Origin: Rhizodiscina lignyota
Taxonomy: Eukaryota
Length of the DNA stretch: 64,000 nucleotides
Reading direction: 5' to 3'
NCBI GenBank assembly: GCA_010015805.1
Contig: ML978121.1
Location: 1,860,001 to 1,924,000, forward strand
Part shown: positions 23,598-36,113 of the stretch, piece after piece
Position numbering within the stretch: the first letter of the stretch is position 1
How the letters are laid out: each line of letters opens with the position of its first letter
Program-made: the position numbers and the translations under genes
The notes under the pieces: model-generated
What the model saw: only the letters and a program-made list of their open reading frames with translations
What the model was told of the DNA's origin: nothing
The model's database searches: none

Positions 23598-25124
23598 CTC
23601 GCGGATGCCCCTCCCGACCAATAGCACGTCTACCACGTCAGCGGAGAGGATTACCGGTGGACTATGTCCAACCGGACCAATCCTGGCTCGTCGGAGTTAG
23701 TTCCTGTGACCAGAGCGTATGAGAGTTGAGTTGAATGGAAGAGTGGCTTTCGCTATCGCTACCACCCTCCAGGGAGGAGGGCGTTCCAGGCTCCTGGCGA
23801 GACCCAAGGGCCGAAGGGAAGGCTACATCAGGATACATCGACTATCTAGCCATTTACGGTTTATAAACGGAACTGTGGAACATAACACGGCTCTTTACAA
23901 GCAAAACTCCCCTCCGCAAACGTCCAACAAAAAGGTGGTGTGACCGGTCGCTCTTCAGCAGATTCGCAAAACTGTCGTCACGGGGTAGGCAGAACAACCG
24001 TTACGTATAATAAGTATTGACGTTGGTCAATTCTCGATTCTCGATTCTCGATCCTTGAATTCTGAGAGGGGCGACTACCGACTCTGTAAAGTACACATAG
24101 AGGCTTGCCCAGCGAGGCTTAGCGGGAGGGATCGGACCCTTACAGAATTTACCAATCATTCCAGCCTGTATCTGAGAGTTGTGTGAGTTGTGGGTTACCC
24201 ATCTCAAAAAAGGACTCCCACCATGAAGTCATAAGCCGCAAGCGTAAGCCAGCTCTTCAAACCCGAAAACGCTTCTGGTCTCACCGTCTTCGCCCACGGA
24301 GGTACCTCCCCGGAACCATCAATCAGCCTTCGGTAAAGAAGGATATTGGCCCCTTTAGGACGGTGGCGAAGATTGGAGAACATGCGAACTTGCTTAAAAG
24401 TGGGGCGATCGGAGTCTTCTCCGACCTCATAGTAGAGTTTAACTGGTAGGTAGTTATGATCGCTCCCTTCCCTGACGTACTCAAGCGACTGCCCTCAACG
24501 CGTCTACAGAGAGACTCTTGGCTCCCACGCCGGCCTCTGCTCTCTTTCATTACACCTTATTTCCCGCTCTTATTATCTATCGATTCGTTCACGATGTTAC
24601 CACTCTCACCGTTTCTACGCTGCGGTCTGCTCTCTCCTGTTCACCTCACCACTTGCACGACACGGCATTCGCTGGCAACATCCACCCCATCGTGCAGTCA
24701 TCAAGCCTCAAGCCAGCTGGCATTCCCAGCAACGTTTCCCAGCTCAAGGATGAAAGACCAGTTGAAGGAGACTTTCCGCGAGGCCTTCTAGAACGTCATG
24801 CGCCACCCTGAACACTCCTGAGACTATACTACCGTCGGCGCATGAAAAGATTGCTTACTGGCTTAATGCGTTCTAAATGTATCAAGCTGAGGTGCTATGC
24901 GTGAAGTATGTGTAACTCCTCCCAATTACTGTCTCTTCTAATATATATTATAGCTCTGAACCATTCCTAGCGCGCAGTTCATGCACGAGGTGATCGGCAG
25001 CATGATCGACGCGATGAAAGGAAATAACTGGCGCGCTTGGGACGTTACAATCGCAAGGGCACTATCATTGGCGCTTATAGACTCATTGGAGACAGGCCTT
25101 CAGTGAAAGGATATCCAACTTCAA

Positions 25125-26832
25125 ATGGTCGAGCTGGATGGTGTGGAGTACATCAATTGCCAGATTACGCTGACACTCACAAGGAGCAAGGAGTATGTTA
25201 AGACCTGTTCAAGACCTTATGACCTGTTCTTCACCTTTGATTTGTGCTTAACCTTACGAGTCATGACTCATCGTTTGCTTACTTTGACTCTTACAGATAT
25301 GATTAGAGGCGTAATCACGCGCATCAAATCGCAATCACTCCCATCGAGTTCAGACCTTCATGATCGATTAGATTGTTCATCCTTCACGCGATCCGGTCAC
25401 GAGCTGTGGCCCCTTGTACTCTCGAAGGTCATTCCACGTGGTTCGTAGCGAATCGAAATCGCGACCTCCCTTGGAACTTTCCCAATCGCCCTGTATATCA
25501 GCAACAAACCAAGTTGAGAGCGTCGGGTGGTAGTATGAACATGTCGCCTACCACGCAAACTGGGAGAACACTAGACGGCAACGACAGCTCTGTCACGGTC
25601 AATAAAGCAACCCCTGCGGGGGATCCGCCTCAATCGACACAGGAGCAGAATGGATTTAGGACTAAGAGGTGTCTGCATCTACGTTGCGGACGTCGTTCTT
25701 GCATTGCGTTACGACGCCGACTCTCAGGAAAATATGTCGTCGAGACAGCCGAAGATTTGGAGCGACGTCGACGCTCTAATGGTCCATCCGCTGAGACGGA
25801 GAGAGCATTGCACGAGCTGGAACGGCATAGACCGTCCAACAGTCCATCCGTCGAGATTGTCGGTGCGTCAACGTGGTCGCAAGCTGGGAACCACTCTGAC
25901 AGTCGTGCCGTGAAGACCGATAGAGCGGTTCGGGGGCCTCCGTCTGCGGAAAAGCTAGCAGGCTTTCGGAGATCGTTAAGTAAGAGGAATCAAGAGCACT
26001 GGATTAAGATGGTCAAGTACGCCAGCCAGGGTGATGCGCTCGGACAACTGCTCCAGGAAACGTTTGAATCGCTGATCATGGAAGATGCAGCTGAGAAGAT
26101 GATAATCCCCGGCGCTACCCCACTGAAGAAAGGATTTATTTGTGCGCGGGTAATACGCTCGATGCGGAAGTGTTGATAGACAGGCTCAGGGTCAAGTAGT
26201 GTGTCTCATTTTTTCAGAGCTTCAACAATGATTGCTTCGACAGTCTCCCCATCTCACTGTCTTACTAAATCCCATACCATTTCTTCATCAAACTGACGCA
26301 GCATCTCAATAAAAGTCGTCCAGGCGCGATTCTAGGCATGAAGTGCGACATGAGCAGCAAAGGCATCGCTATTACCCGCCTCCGAGGTCGAGGTCTCGTC
26401 CTCCACGGTTCGGAACCTCTCAGCCCTTGTGATGTATTCGCAGGCAGCAGTAGCATGCACGGTGAATGGGTTCGCGAACCACATACGCGCTCCTACAATC
26501 GCAAACCATGCCATCCAATGGGTGGATCACTGTACCACCATCGTCGAAGGAGGTCAAATAGCTAAATCAGCTTACTTCTAGACAGATCGCACACTAGCTT
26601 GAAGGTTTAAGTCGTAGAGACAATGCGCGTGTATATGTGGTACGAGCGACTCGGAGCCGGTGAAGAGGTTAGACTTTTGAAAATTCTCAAGTCTTGCAGA
26701 AGGCTTGAGCAGACTCCGATCGTAACCGAACACTTCCTCCACAGCCACAGGAAAGGAGGGTTCGGCTTAGATATTTCAATACACCGCGCACTCGATGTAT
26801 GGGTACATTTCGTTCTAGCTGGTAGTGCATGA
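25125..26832 (+). pseudogene. Possible degenerate or lineage-specific gene (fragmented ORFs)
   Basis: A 267-aa ORF (25373-26176) plus coding-like fragments. After the acceptor TTTCAG near 26217 one frame stays open apart from a single TAA near 26266, and a further fragment lies at 26623-26832. No family recognised. Confidence 0.3.
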
Positions 26833-26966
26833 ATTTTACATCTCTTTAGTCTGGAGTCCTTCACAGGAAGCTTTAAAGGCATTTGACATCATCAATCGTT
26901 ATTATCCCTATCGTACACAAGGCAAAAATTAATTCCCAAATCATCTGGTCTCACGACTGGAAGCAC

Positions 26967-28117
26967 CTACTGCCTAGATGGACACTCCTCGCACTCATCA
27001 TATAATGCCTTGCAGAATTCCCGAATAGGCATTGAACCTGGTGTATCATCTCTCACGAAGTGTCCCTTCGCGCACCGCCACACCCACTTCCCGTCTCCCC
27101 GACACAACTTGTTCTCGCCCGGCGACCACCCCTCCAAGTGGAAAGTGATCTCCTTGAAGCCCTTGATCTCGCAGACCTTGAACGACTGAGACGTGTAGTG
27201 CCACAGCCAGATTGGGTTCCAGATCTGCGATCCGCGCGCATGAATCCTCAAGTCCATGCTCTCCAATCCGACCAACTTCCGCAGCTCGGAGAACGCCTTG
27301 TCGCGGAGCGGCCAGTCAGCGGCCGCGACGCGAGGGTCGAAGCAACCAGTCATGCCGGCCGTCGCGACGATGTGGACTTCGCACTTGCGCATAGCCTCTG
27401 TGACGGCCGGGGAGATGGTCCACAGCAGCTCGCTCTCGTGATTGTCATCCTCAATGAAGAGCTTGAACGTGGACTTCTTGCAGAGAACGGAGGTGAACTC
27501 GGTGTGCATCTGCTGATTGGTGAAAACGATATTGGTGCCTTTCCTCTTACAGAAGATGCGTCTGATTGTTACGAGGAGGTGGGCGAAGATTTTGTCGCCT
27601 GTTTGCAGGAACGAGGGTGAGGTACTAGGAGTCGATCCACGGCTTCGAAAATAAATGAAACTCCAGAATGACCGGGGCAGGAGGTGCTGGAGCGAACATT
27701 TTGTGATAAAGTTAGAAACAGAGATGACAATACTCTTCGACAGGTCATTCAGCTTCTCAGAGCGAGCTGGGTAGCAAGGTCGGCAGCAAGGCTCGCCGTC
27801 GAGGAGATTTCGTTCGTCGTCAATGATGGATTGGTACACCATCTCACGGAGTTCAGCAGGCCTGTAAGTTTTAGTTGTTTATCACTATGGCAGGTGTAAC
27901 ACACATACAATTTCAGAAAGTGGAAAACACTCCTTGTCCACTGCTTGAAGAATGCCGGACGCCGGATCTTAACCACACGGAGTGAAATGTTGTACAGAAA
28001 ATGCACGTATGGCCACAGGAGACTGGTTAGGATGATGAGGAAGAGCGTCCATGGTAAAAGCTGGGCCAACTCGAAATTTCCTGAAATCGGAGGAGAGGAT
28101 TGTGTTAACGTTACCAT
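26967..28117 (-). CDS. Hypothetical protein with an N-terminal hydrophobic segment and an F-box-like motif; intron 27908-27862
   Basis: Splicing creates FLKLPAELREMVY, continuing into the 291-aa ORF; Cys-rich C-terminus. Confidence 0.7.
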
Positions 28118-29261
28118 TGCCGTGACCTGCGCTAGATGGCCCGGTGCTGAGATGAAAATGAGCAAATTAAGATGTTCAGGATATTCGCAGTTGAAGGAAA
28201 GCTAGTGGACGGAAAAGGATTACAAAAGAAGGTAGAAGGTCGAAAGAAAAGAGAGAACACGTTGTGTCAGGCAGCCATTGAATTCAATATTGTTGCCTCC
28301 CGTGACAACACCGACGTCCGTGCGGTAGAGTATGGCGTTTCAGATCAGGCAGTAGTTATAATGCCATGCCAGCGCCGATTAAACACAAACACAGTTGGTG
28401 TCATCCTCGAGGGAGCTTTGAGCAGGAACAGTTCGAGCGGAAGAAACTCCCTCTTGAACTCGGCGAAATTATACAGTGAGAATACTTCCAATTACTCTTG
28501 ATACAAAAATCTAACATCACCGGTACTCTACGGTGAAGCGACAAACAGCCCTCCGCTTGACATTTTAAGCTACTTCTTCTGACCAGAGGCACAGGCGCAG
28601 GCGCAGGTTCCGCCCAATCCAGTGGTCCGTGGCGTTCTCCACGCCACCTATAAAGGCTGAGCCTCCCTGTAGACATTGTCGGCGAATTGGGATCCGTGTT
28701 TCTCGTGGAAAGTGTGAAAGTGAAGTAGGTTTGCTCGAGGCGATAAGCCTGTGCCACAGCCTCAATACCTATCATGCATAGGGTAACTGAGATACTCAAC
28801 AAACGCCGTCCCAAGCATATTATATCAAACTCTAGAGATGCTCTCGCTTAGTTGGAGATCAACATATGGTTTTGCAGCGTCCTTTTCCCCTCATCGAGCC
28901 CGACCGTTTTGTCATTCTCGCGACGCCGTGTTCGATGTGGTTGTTCATTGCCCGATATCACGGTTTAGAGCAGTGCCGGTTCCGAATCTACACGTGAGGC
29001 AATGCCAGAGGTTCATTCATGTTTGCAGAGCTCTGACTCTGTTATGAATGCTATTGCTATAATTCATGTACATGAGAAGAACATTTGGGCGGTCATTAAA
29101 ACCATAAAGCCGAGAATAGCCTGAATATTCCCCTGACGAATTGCGCCGTTTCACAGTCGTACCCTTTGCACGAGCGACATTGAACCCTTCCTTTGCTCTG
29201 CAACGGGTAAGCTACAGCCCAACAATACCAACCATAATGCACTGATCAGCTTTATGGGGCA

Positions 29262-30042
29262 TCACTCGGCGTTCCCTCCCGGGACGAATCCATTTCCTTG
29301 CTACCACCAGTTGACCTTGGCAAGGTCAACACAGGTTGTCTCCAGCCTACTAGGGCAACGATTATCATTGTGAATTGGAGGACCATGAGAGGAATGAGCC
29401 CATAGAAGGAAAACATCTGCATCGAAAATTAGAAGAATACGTGTCGCCGAGCATTCCTGTAACGTACGCTTTCAGTGCAGAGTCTGCCAAATGACTCGTT
29501 GGACATGTTTGACTGTATTTCCAAACCACCATCCATTGGATGAGCATTTTTGAAGCGGCATGTCCAAGTTTGAATTGTATCACGCTGGGTATTTCCCCCG
29601 GCGTGGGTGTTAAGAACATGCGCAAAGATGATGCCAAAGAGTGACAGGAGAAAGCTCGGTACAGCCACGAGCATGGTGAATAGACCGGACAGTTTCGGTG
29701 ATTGGACAATGGGAATCTGCCTTATGATCAGCAATGTTTGGTTGAGGTTGTGAAATCAATCAATCTTACCCTTGGGAACAGGGAAACAACGACAAAGACA
29801 AGGTTCAGAATCAGAATTGCAGCACCAGTGCCAATGAGTGCTGGCGTACTGCTCGTGTCGAAGTGATCTGGCCATAACGGAAGCCACCAGGGGTTCATCC
29901 CCGAGCTTTGTTGTTTGTAGACTCTGTAAGTGTCCGCCGCGGTCCCCAGAATTGAGGCTGATAGAGCAATTGAAATGATAGCGAGGACAATCTGTGCGGT
30001 TCGCAAAGGATTGCGCGTGACAGCTTGCACCACAGAAGCCAT
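29262..30042 (-). CDS. Small multi-pass (about 4 TM, MARVEL-like) membrane protein; introns 29769-29717 and 29467-29416
   Basis: Four hydrophobic segments plus motifs PWWLPLWPDHFD and DTIQTWTC. Introns keep the frame to TGA at 29264-29262. Confidence 0.75.
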
Positions 30043-31054
30043 ACTTGCTGTGCGGACCAAGGAGTTCTTTCGTGATGGAAGAAGAGAGCGCAGGAGATCT
30101 TGAACTAAAGAAGCGAGCGTAGCTATCTCCAATTGACTTGTCGGTGTGGAGCAAATAGAGAACGGCACCACCACTAAAGTTCTCGCGGCGAAGACGAGTT
30201 CTTAATACGCACGAGGTTTGATATCTCGCCCATGAAACAGACTTGGAAAACCCTGCAGCACAGGCGCGTAGGTTGGCCAAAAGAATAGGTACCTCCGCAT
30301 GCTTACCTACGAGGAAGAAGGAAATAGTATTGCTTGAAATTTCCCATTCAGGGTGAACGCCTGTACTTTGCAGCAAGGGAACTGTGTAACGCCCAGCCAG
30401 GCGTTCCTCGGTAGCGCTCAGCCTGCCGAATTACATTGCTTACCGCTACAGAGGCCCGTTGGATCTGCCTGCAGCTTCTCAGCGCTTACAAGGCTACTCA
30501 CCACACCACGATTGTGATTGGGAAGCTTGTTGTTGCTCAAGGGTTGGTTTACAGAATTGGGCGCTTATTTAGATCCAGAAGTAACGCCAAGAAGGGCAGA
30601 TCCATGGAAAAAGGGGGCGCCAAGGCGCCGCCGAAGTCGCAGGATCCCTGCCAGTCCACGCCAGTTTGCATGTTCAAGCTTCACACCAGACCTCACTTCT
30701 ATCTCTGTGCACTTAATTGAAGAGTCGGCTATTAAGTTGTTAAAAGTTACCGTAAAAGCTTTATGGTATTGCAGCGAGAAAGAGCAATCGAAAGATGTTT
30801 GAGTGGCCCATGGCAGCGCGCAATCTGGCATGTCTCAGCAGACTCCAAAGCGACAAACTTTGGAGCTGTGGCGAGAGAAATGGAGGGAACTGAGAGAGCT
30901 CTTAGGGTATTCCTACCATATTATGATGGAAAGTCTCTGTCGAGAACCAATTCGAACCAAAAACAGCTCGGCCGCAAATCAGAGTTCATCATTGAACAGC
31001 GGTAGCCACGGGAAAGTGATGTACTTCTCTGGTTTTCGTATGCAGCCTCAGATT

Positions 31055-31950
31055 TCACGTTATTTGCCCAGTTAGGCTCGTGCCCATGCCATGTCTTCGG
31101 CGCCGTGGTGACTGATTCGCCTTTCCTTTCCCTTTAGAACTTTGGAGGGGGTGTTCTTTCTCCCATCTCTCATCTTCTTTGTACGCTTCAATTGCCAAAT
31201 CAAGGTCGTAGTCGGCTTGCTTCAAGTACAGCAACGCAACGTCGTATCTAAGTGTAGGAGCAACACTCCATCTGTCAGCATACGCCCCCATTCTCTGGCA
31301 ACTTGTAGCAATGAGAAATATACTAACTCCGAAACTTTACAGGCCACCATCCATTTTCTTATCTTGGTTTTTCGTATCTCCTCCTCTTCTCCTTCCACTG
31401 GCCGTGGGCTAAGACTTACGCCGCCTTTGTAGTATTCTTCAGGTATCAGAATTGTCCTTCGAGCTAATATCAAATGATCGGAATACAGATTGTTCGTTCG
31501 TCTTAGTGCGTCCGCCGGAACACCGTATCGGAGTGATAGCGAGCTCACTGTATCATGAGCAGGATTCACAAAATGTAGAACATCAGGAGCAGGCTCGGAT
31601 TCTTTCTCGCAGTGAGGCTTTAACGGATCATGCGTATCGTAAGCTGGCGGGTCGTCATCGGTACGCTGTGAGGGTCCACGAGCGTTCGCTATCGGAGGAG
31701 AGGATGGTGGCGAGTATGCAGGTGGATCTCTGAGACCCTGCGGAAGTGATGATGGAGTTTCGGAGATTTGACAGAAAGGACAATAGGTTGCGAAGCGTGG
31801 ATTATCTGTTATACATCGTGCGCATATCGCACGTCCGCAGCAGGTAGTTCGTCGCTCGTGGAGTGGTGATGCTTTCTCGGACTTCTCGTCGTACGTCGGG
31901 GAAATAGATGAAAGGAGAGACGCGCAAGTGCAGCAAGCCTCGGAGGACAT
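31055..31950 (-). CDS. Intracellular LysM-domain protein with a Cys-rich N-terminus and a UBA-like C-terminus; intron 31327-31248
   Basis: LysM HFV...DTVSSLSLRYGVPADALRRTNNL...RRTILIP; Cys pattern CCTC...CCGRAICARC...YCPFC; C-terminal YDVALLYLKQADYDLDLAIEAY. Confidence 0.85.
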
Positions 31951-32264
31951 ACTCAGACCTCTAGGGTATCTTAGAAATACAGTAAATAGTTTATATGTAC
32001 AAAGCTAGAACAGGACAGCGTGAACTTAGTAAAGATGAAGTGTGATACGAAGAGTCGTGACGCAAGCCTACGCGATCTCGCTTAATGATCACAAGCTGGG
32101 GTGCAGTATCGATATCGGGAGTCGGGAGAATTTCGGGACAAGGACGGAGACTCGGCGAGATTTTTCCCGCACAAATTCTCGTCAAAATTCGCACTCCTCA
32201 AACGAAGCCGCAATACTTCGAACCAAACAGCGAACCTACTACCAGTCTTGTGCTTCCACTCGAG

Positions 32265-32469
32265 GTATGTCGACTCTTAATGTGCCTTTCACTGGAGTGC
32301 CCTTCGGACAGCCATGAGGGAGCAATCACCCTTCTGCGCCCGCGTAGTTGCGAAGCGTAAAGGGTGATACGCTCTCCCATTCCAACATGAGCTGAAGAAC
32401 CCTCAGAGTTCAATCTGGCGGGCACTCTTCCTGCTCAGGCTTCTGAAGGCTAATACCACAGAATTACAG
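32265..32469 (+). promoter_or_regulatory. Structured 5'UTR intron of RPS22
   Basis: Donor GTATGT at 32265, branch GCTAAT near 32449 and acceptor CAG at 32461 or 32469. Nested helices GAGTGCCC/GGGCACTC and ATCACCCTT/AAGGGTGAT. Confidence 0.7.
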
Positions 32470-32517
32470 ATACCTCATCCGCAACCTGCCGATTGAGAAT
32501 CTCCCGCGCCAGACAAA

Positions 32518-33158
32518 ATGGTTCGAACAAGCGTTCTCAACGATGCGTTAAAATCCATCAACAACGCCGAGAAGGCGGGCAAGCGTCAGGTCATGATCCG
32601 CCCGAGCTCGAAGGTCATTGTCAAGTTCCTTCAGGTCATGCAGAAGCACGGTACGTCGGACGAATATTCCTATGCGTTCACCCGGGTTGATAACTAGGCA
32701 ATGGTTACGACTTTCAACCCCACGACTTTTGCCCTTTAAGTGCCCGGGAGATGAAGATTTCCAATCTGCAAAGATCTTACACGTTCTCTGATTTTCCATG
32801 AAGCGTATCGTTTAATCTTTTGCAACATACTGACAAGCGACTACAGGCTACATTGGCGACTTCGAGGAGGTCGATGATCACCGTAACGGCAAGATCGTTA
32901 TCCAGCTCAATGGCCGGTGAGTTATCTCCACCTGACTCTTTATACCTGCTGGATCTAATGCGTTGCAGCTTGAACAAGACTGGCGTCATCAGCCCCCGCT
33001 ACAACGTGCAGCTCCGAGAGATGGAGAAATGGGTCGTCAAGCTCCTTCCTTCTCGTCAGTTCGGCTACATTGTCCTCACCACATCTGCCGGCATCATGGA
33101 CCACGAGGAGGCGAGGAGAAAGCACGTCGCGGGCAAAATCCTTGGGTTCTTCTACTAG
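32518..33158 (+). CDS. RPS22: 40S ribosomal protein S22 (uS8/S15a); introns 32651-32846 and 32917-32968
   Basis: [38 protein letters not shown]...[14 protein letters not shown]...[15 protein letters not shown]...AGKILGFFY. Confidence 0.96.
32678..32830 (+). ncRNA. SNR44: Intronic H/ACA snoRNA, snR44 orthologue
   Basis: Hairpin 1 is closed by CCCGGG/CCCGGG, followed by H box AGATGA (32749-32754). Hairpin 2 is TGCAAAGAT/ATCTTTTGCA, followed by ACA at 32825-32827. Pockets GATAACT+TTTAA and CTTACA+TTTAA match, from memory, 18S UUAAA-U-C-AGUUAUC and 25S UUAAA-U-A-UGUAAG. Yeast snR44 lies in an RPS22B intron. Confidence 0.9.
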
Positions 33159-33617
33159 ACGATTTCTCTCGGGCGGAAACCGGACGATACCCGCTGGTAG
33201 TTCGTTAGACAAAAGTGAATTCAATGCAGAGCTCTTTATGACATGACCAAGCTATCTGCCATAGTTATTCTACGAAGTCCTCATACTCTCTCTATGCGAC
33301 TTACTGCCCAATCAATCGTGCTGTCACCCATCTATATCAAGCGTGATGTTGAGGTTGCGGCCGTTTTAATCATGATACAAATATGCTCGCATTGCATAGA
33401 CCATGAACCAGGCCCTTTCCTTATATTTGACTATAGAAAGCATGAAAATTCTCTATAGCAAGTATCGTTCCTTCGCTAGTGGTTGACACCCTGGACCCAA
33501 CGCACCTATTTTGCCGAGGCTTGCCGCCGCCATGGAGCCCGAAATCGTCCATGACGAATATGATGGCACAAATATGACAAGTTGCAATGCTTCTTGACAT
33601 AGATTCGATATTCAGTC

Positions 33618-34764
33618 ATGGTATTGGAGACGATCTATGTCGTAAGGCATGGGTAAGCGTTTGATTCTTCCTCCAAGAGAGCAAAATACAATTTCAAAAA
33701 TCGTCTTCTATTTCCAAACTAACACGTCCATGATCGCAGATTCCGCTCCAACTGGATCGTCGACCATGAGACTGGAGAGTATCTGGCATCTATTCCAGGT
33801 CCCACAGGTATGACGATCCAAAGAGTTCTGGAGTTCGTGTACTAACGACTCTAAAAGGCATCCCATCTGATCCCGCCCTCGCCAGCTATGGCGTCCATCA
33901 AGCGAAGCAGCTCGGAGAGAAGATAGTATCTCTTGATCCACCAGTCGACATTGTCTACTCCAGCCCTTTCTACCGATGCCTACAAACGTTAAAGCCAGGA
34001 GTAGAGAAGCTATTTGGCGAGGGCAGAGCAGGCGAAAAGATACGGGTTGAGAATGGCCTTGGGTAAGACCAGCATGGAGCCACGGCCGCGTCCGAAAGAG
34101 TGTACAGTACTGACTGAGATACAGAGAATTTTATGGCCTAGCACGCTTCGATCATCCCTCACCTGCGCCCCTCTCGGAACTCCATACGCACTTCCCTGAT
34201 ATGCTGCACGACGAGTACGAGGCTGTTCTAGTTCCATCCGTAAATGGAGAGTCCATCCCAGAGCTACATGATCGAGTCGCATATGTGTTAGACCGGATCA
34301 TCACTCAGCTTGATAACGATCCGCGAGGCCCAAAGACCTTGCTTATAAGCACACATGCGGCGACCATGATCTGCATAGGACGCGTTCTCACTGGCAGAAT
34401 GCCGGAGGATATTAGCGAAGAGGACTTTCTCTGCTATACATGCTCGCTGTCGAAATATGAGCGAAAGAATAAACAGGCTATAGAGAGTGATGTTGAGCAA
34501 TGGGATTCACGGCAACCGAACAAGATACCAAAGACGGGCTGGGTCGGGAAGGGGATAAAGGGCGGATGGAATTGCACGCTCAATGGGGATTGCAGTTTCT
34601 TGGCTGGCGGCGAAGAGAGGGGATGGCGCTTCTCTGGTGATGAAGACTTTCTGAGCAACCCAAATGCGTTCAACGACGCGGCGAATGCGGCCAACTCTCG
34701 CTCCGGGATAGTGGAAGGAGAGAGCGCCGAGGAAGGGGAGAAATCGAAGACTTCAAGGTTATGA
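33618..34764 (+). CDS. Histidine phosphatase (phosphoglycerate mutase-like) protein, TFIIIC tau55/TFC7-like; introns 33653-33739, 33808-33857, 34063-34124
   Basis: MVLETIYVVRHGFRSNW, DPALASYG, YSSPFYRCLQT, ENGLGEFYG, LISTHAA and NGDCSFLAGGEERGWRF. Confidence 0.85.
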
Positions 34765-34996
34765 GTTGGCAAGATACCATGCTTCATGCTTCACATTGTA
34801 TAGATGGATCCATTCAAAATAATAGACAGGAGTCATTGACTTTTAGCACGTTGGGAGAAGATCCAGCATTTTGAAATTGCTACAGAAGGTGAATGTAACC
34901 TAGTAGCCATGCCATTGTGAATCGCAAATATCGCTTTGATGCCATAAGAACACCTGTAATGATCTCACCCACAACCTCAGTCTGGACTCCATGTCT

Positions 34997-35715
34997 CTAT
35001 GACTCCATGATAGCTCTCCTCGTGCGAGCACCACGTTGCCTCGAGTTCAGGCGCGCCTCCTCCCTGTGGACGACCTGCGGCGACTTCTGAACGACCTCCT
35101 CGCCCTCGGTGAGGATCATCTCGATGTGGCAGGGGTTCGACATGTAGGGGTTGATCTGGTATTGGGTCAAATTTCTGTCACAGTTGATAATCGCTTGGTG
35201 TGCTTACACGTCCGTGAGCACGATATGTGCGACGACGCTGCTTCGGCGCTTGGTTAACCTGGATGTGCTTGACGATCAGGTTGGTGGTGTCGAGGCCCTT
35301 GGTGTCTGCATTGGCTTCGGCATTCCTGAGGAGACCAAGAAGGAACTCGGCAGACTTGACGGGCCATCGCGCCTTCGAGACACCGAATTGCTTGCCTGCA
35401 TAGCGGTATTGTCAGATCCGATGCTCTATTTGCTTATAGCTGCTCCGCAACAAGTCCTCCCTTGACTACCTCAAAAGTATGTATTGTGGCGTACTCACCC
35501 TGAGCAGTGCGGCCAGTGCTACCAGCATAACGTCTCATGGGAACAGCCTCCTTGTGCTCCTTAACATTCTCGAGAAACTGCAGAGCGCGAGTAACCTTCC
35601 AGCCATTGATAGCTTGCGCCGTCTCGCGGGTGTTCTTGAAGGAAACGCGGAGGTAGGAGCCGCGGGATCGCGCCGACTTGGACGATTCGATGTGCGTTGC
35701 TGCGTATCGCACCAT
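34997..35715 (-). CDS. RPL17: 60S ribosomal protein L17 (uL22); introns 35498-35396 and 35207-35156
   Basis: MVRYA...[23 protein letters not shown]...GRTAQGKQFG...[21 protein letters not shown]. Confidence 0.96.
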
Positions 35716-36113
35716 CTTGAAGAACGGGTGAGGCGATCGTCAGTTCGATGCCCCCTCAAGATGGTAGTTTGGTGGTGGTTGAAGTGGTTGATGCTTAGTT
35801 GAGACCTTGCGCTTTACTTTGCTGTGGGCTTGTGGAATTTCGCACAGGTGGGCCGGAGGCACTATTCGCCGCAACCGAGACGCCAGATGCAAATCCCTGC
35901 TTGGAGCTTGGACCACCTCGAAATTTTGGCTCTTCAACCCTCCACACCACCAACTCTCCACCAATTCACACCAACACCATTGACATCGACAAATCGTGTC
36001 GCACTTTACTGCTGGCGCGAGAGTTAAGAAACTAGTGCTGCGGTGACATTGGTGGGCCGTATTCAGCATTACAGCTCGAGATCAAACCGAAAGACAACGC
36101 AAGATAAATTGAC

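Noticed and set aside
24409..24424. Palindrome TCGGAG-TCTT-CTCCGA (CGG-N8-CCG) as a Zn2Cys6 binding site
   Set aside because: A single short occurrence that cannot be distinguished from chance without conservation data.
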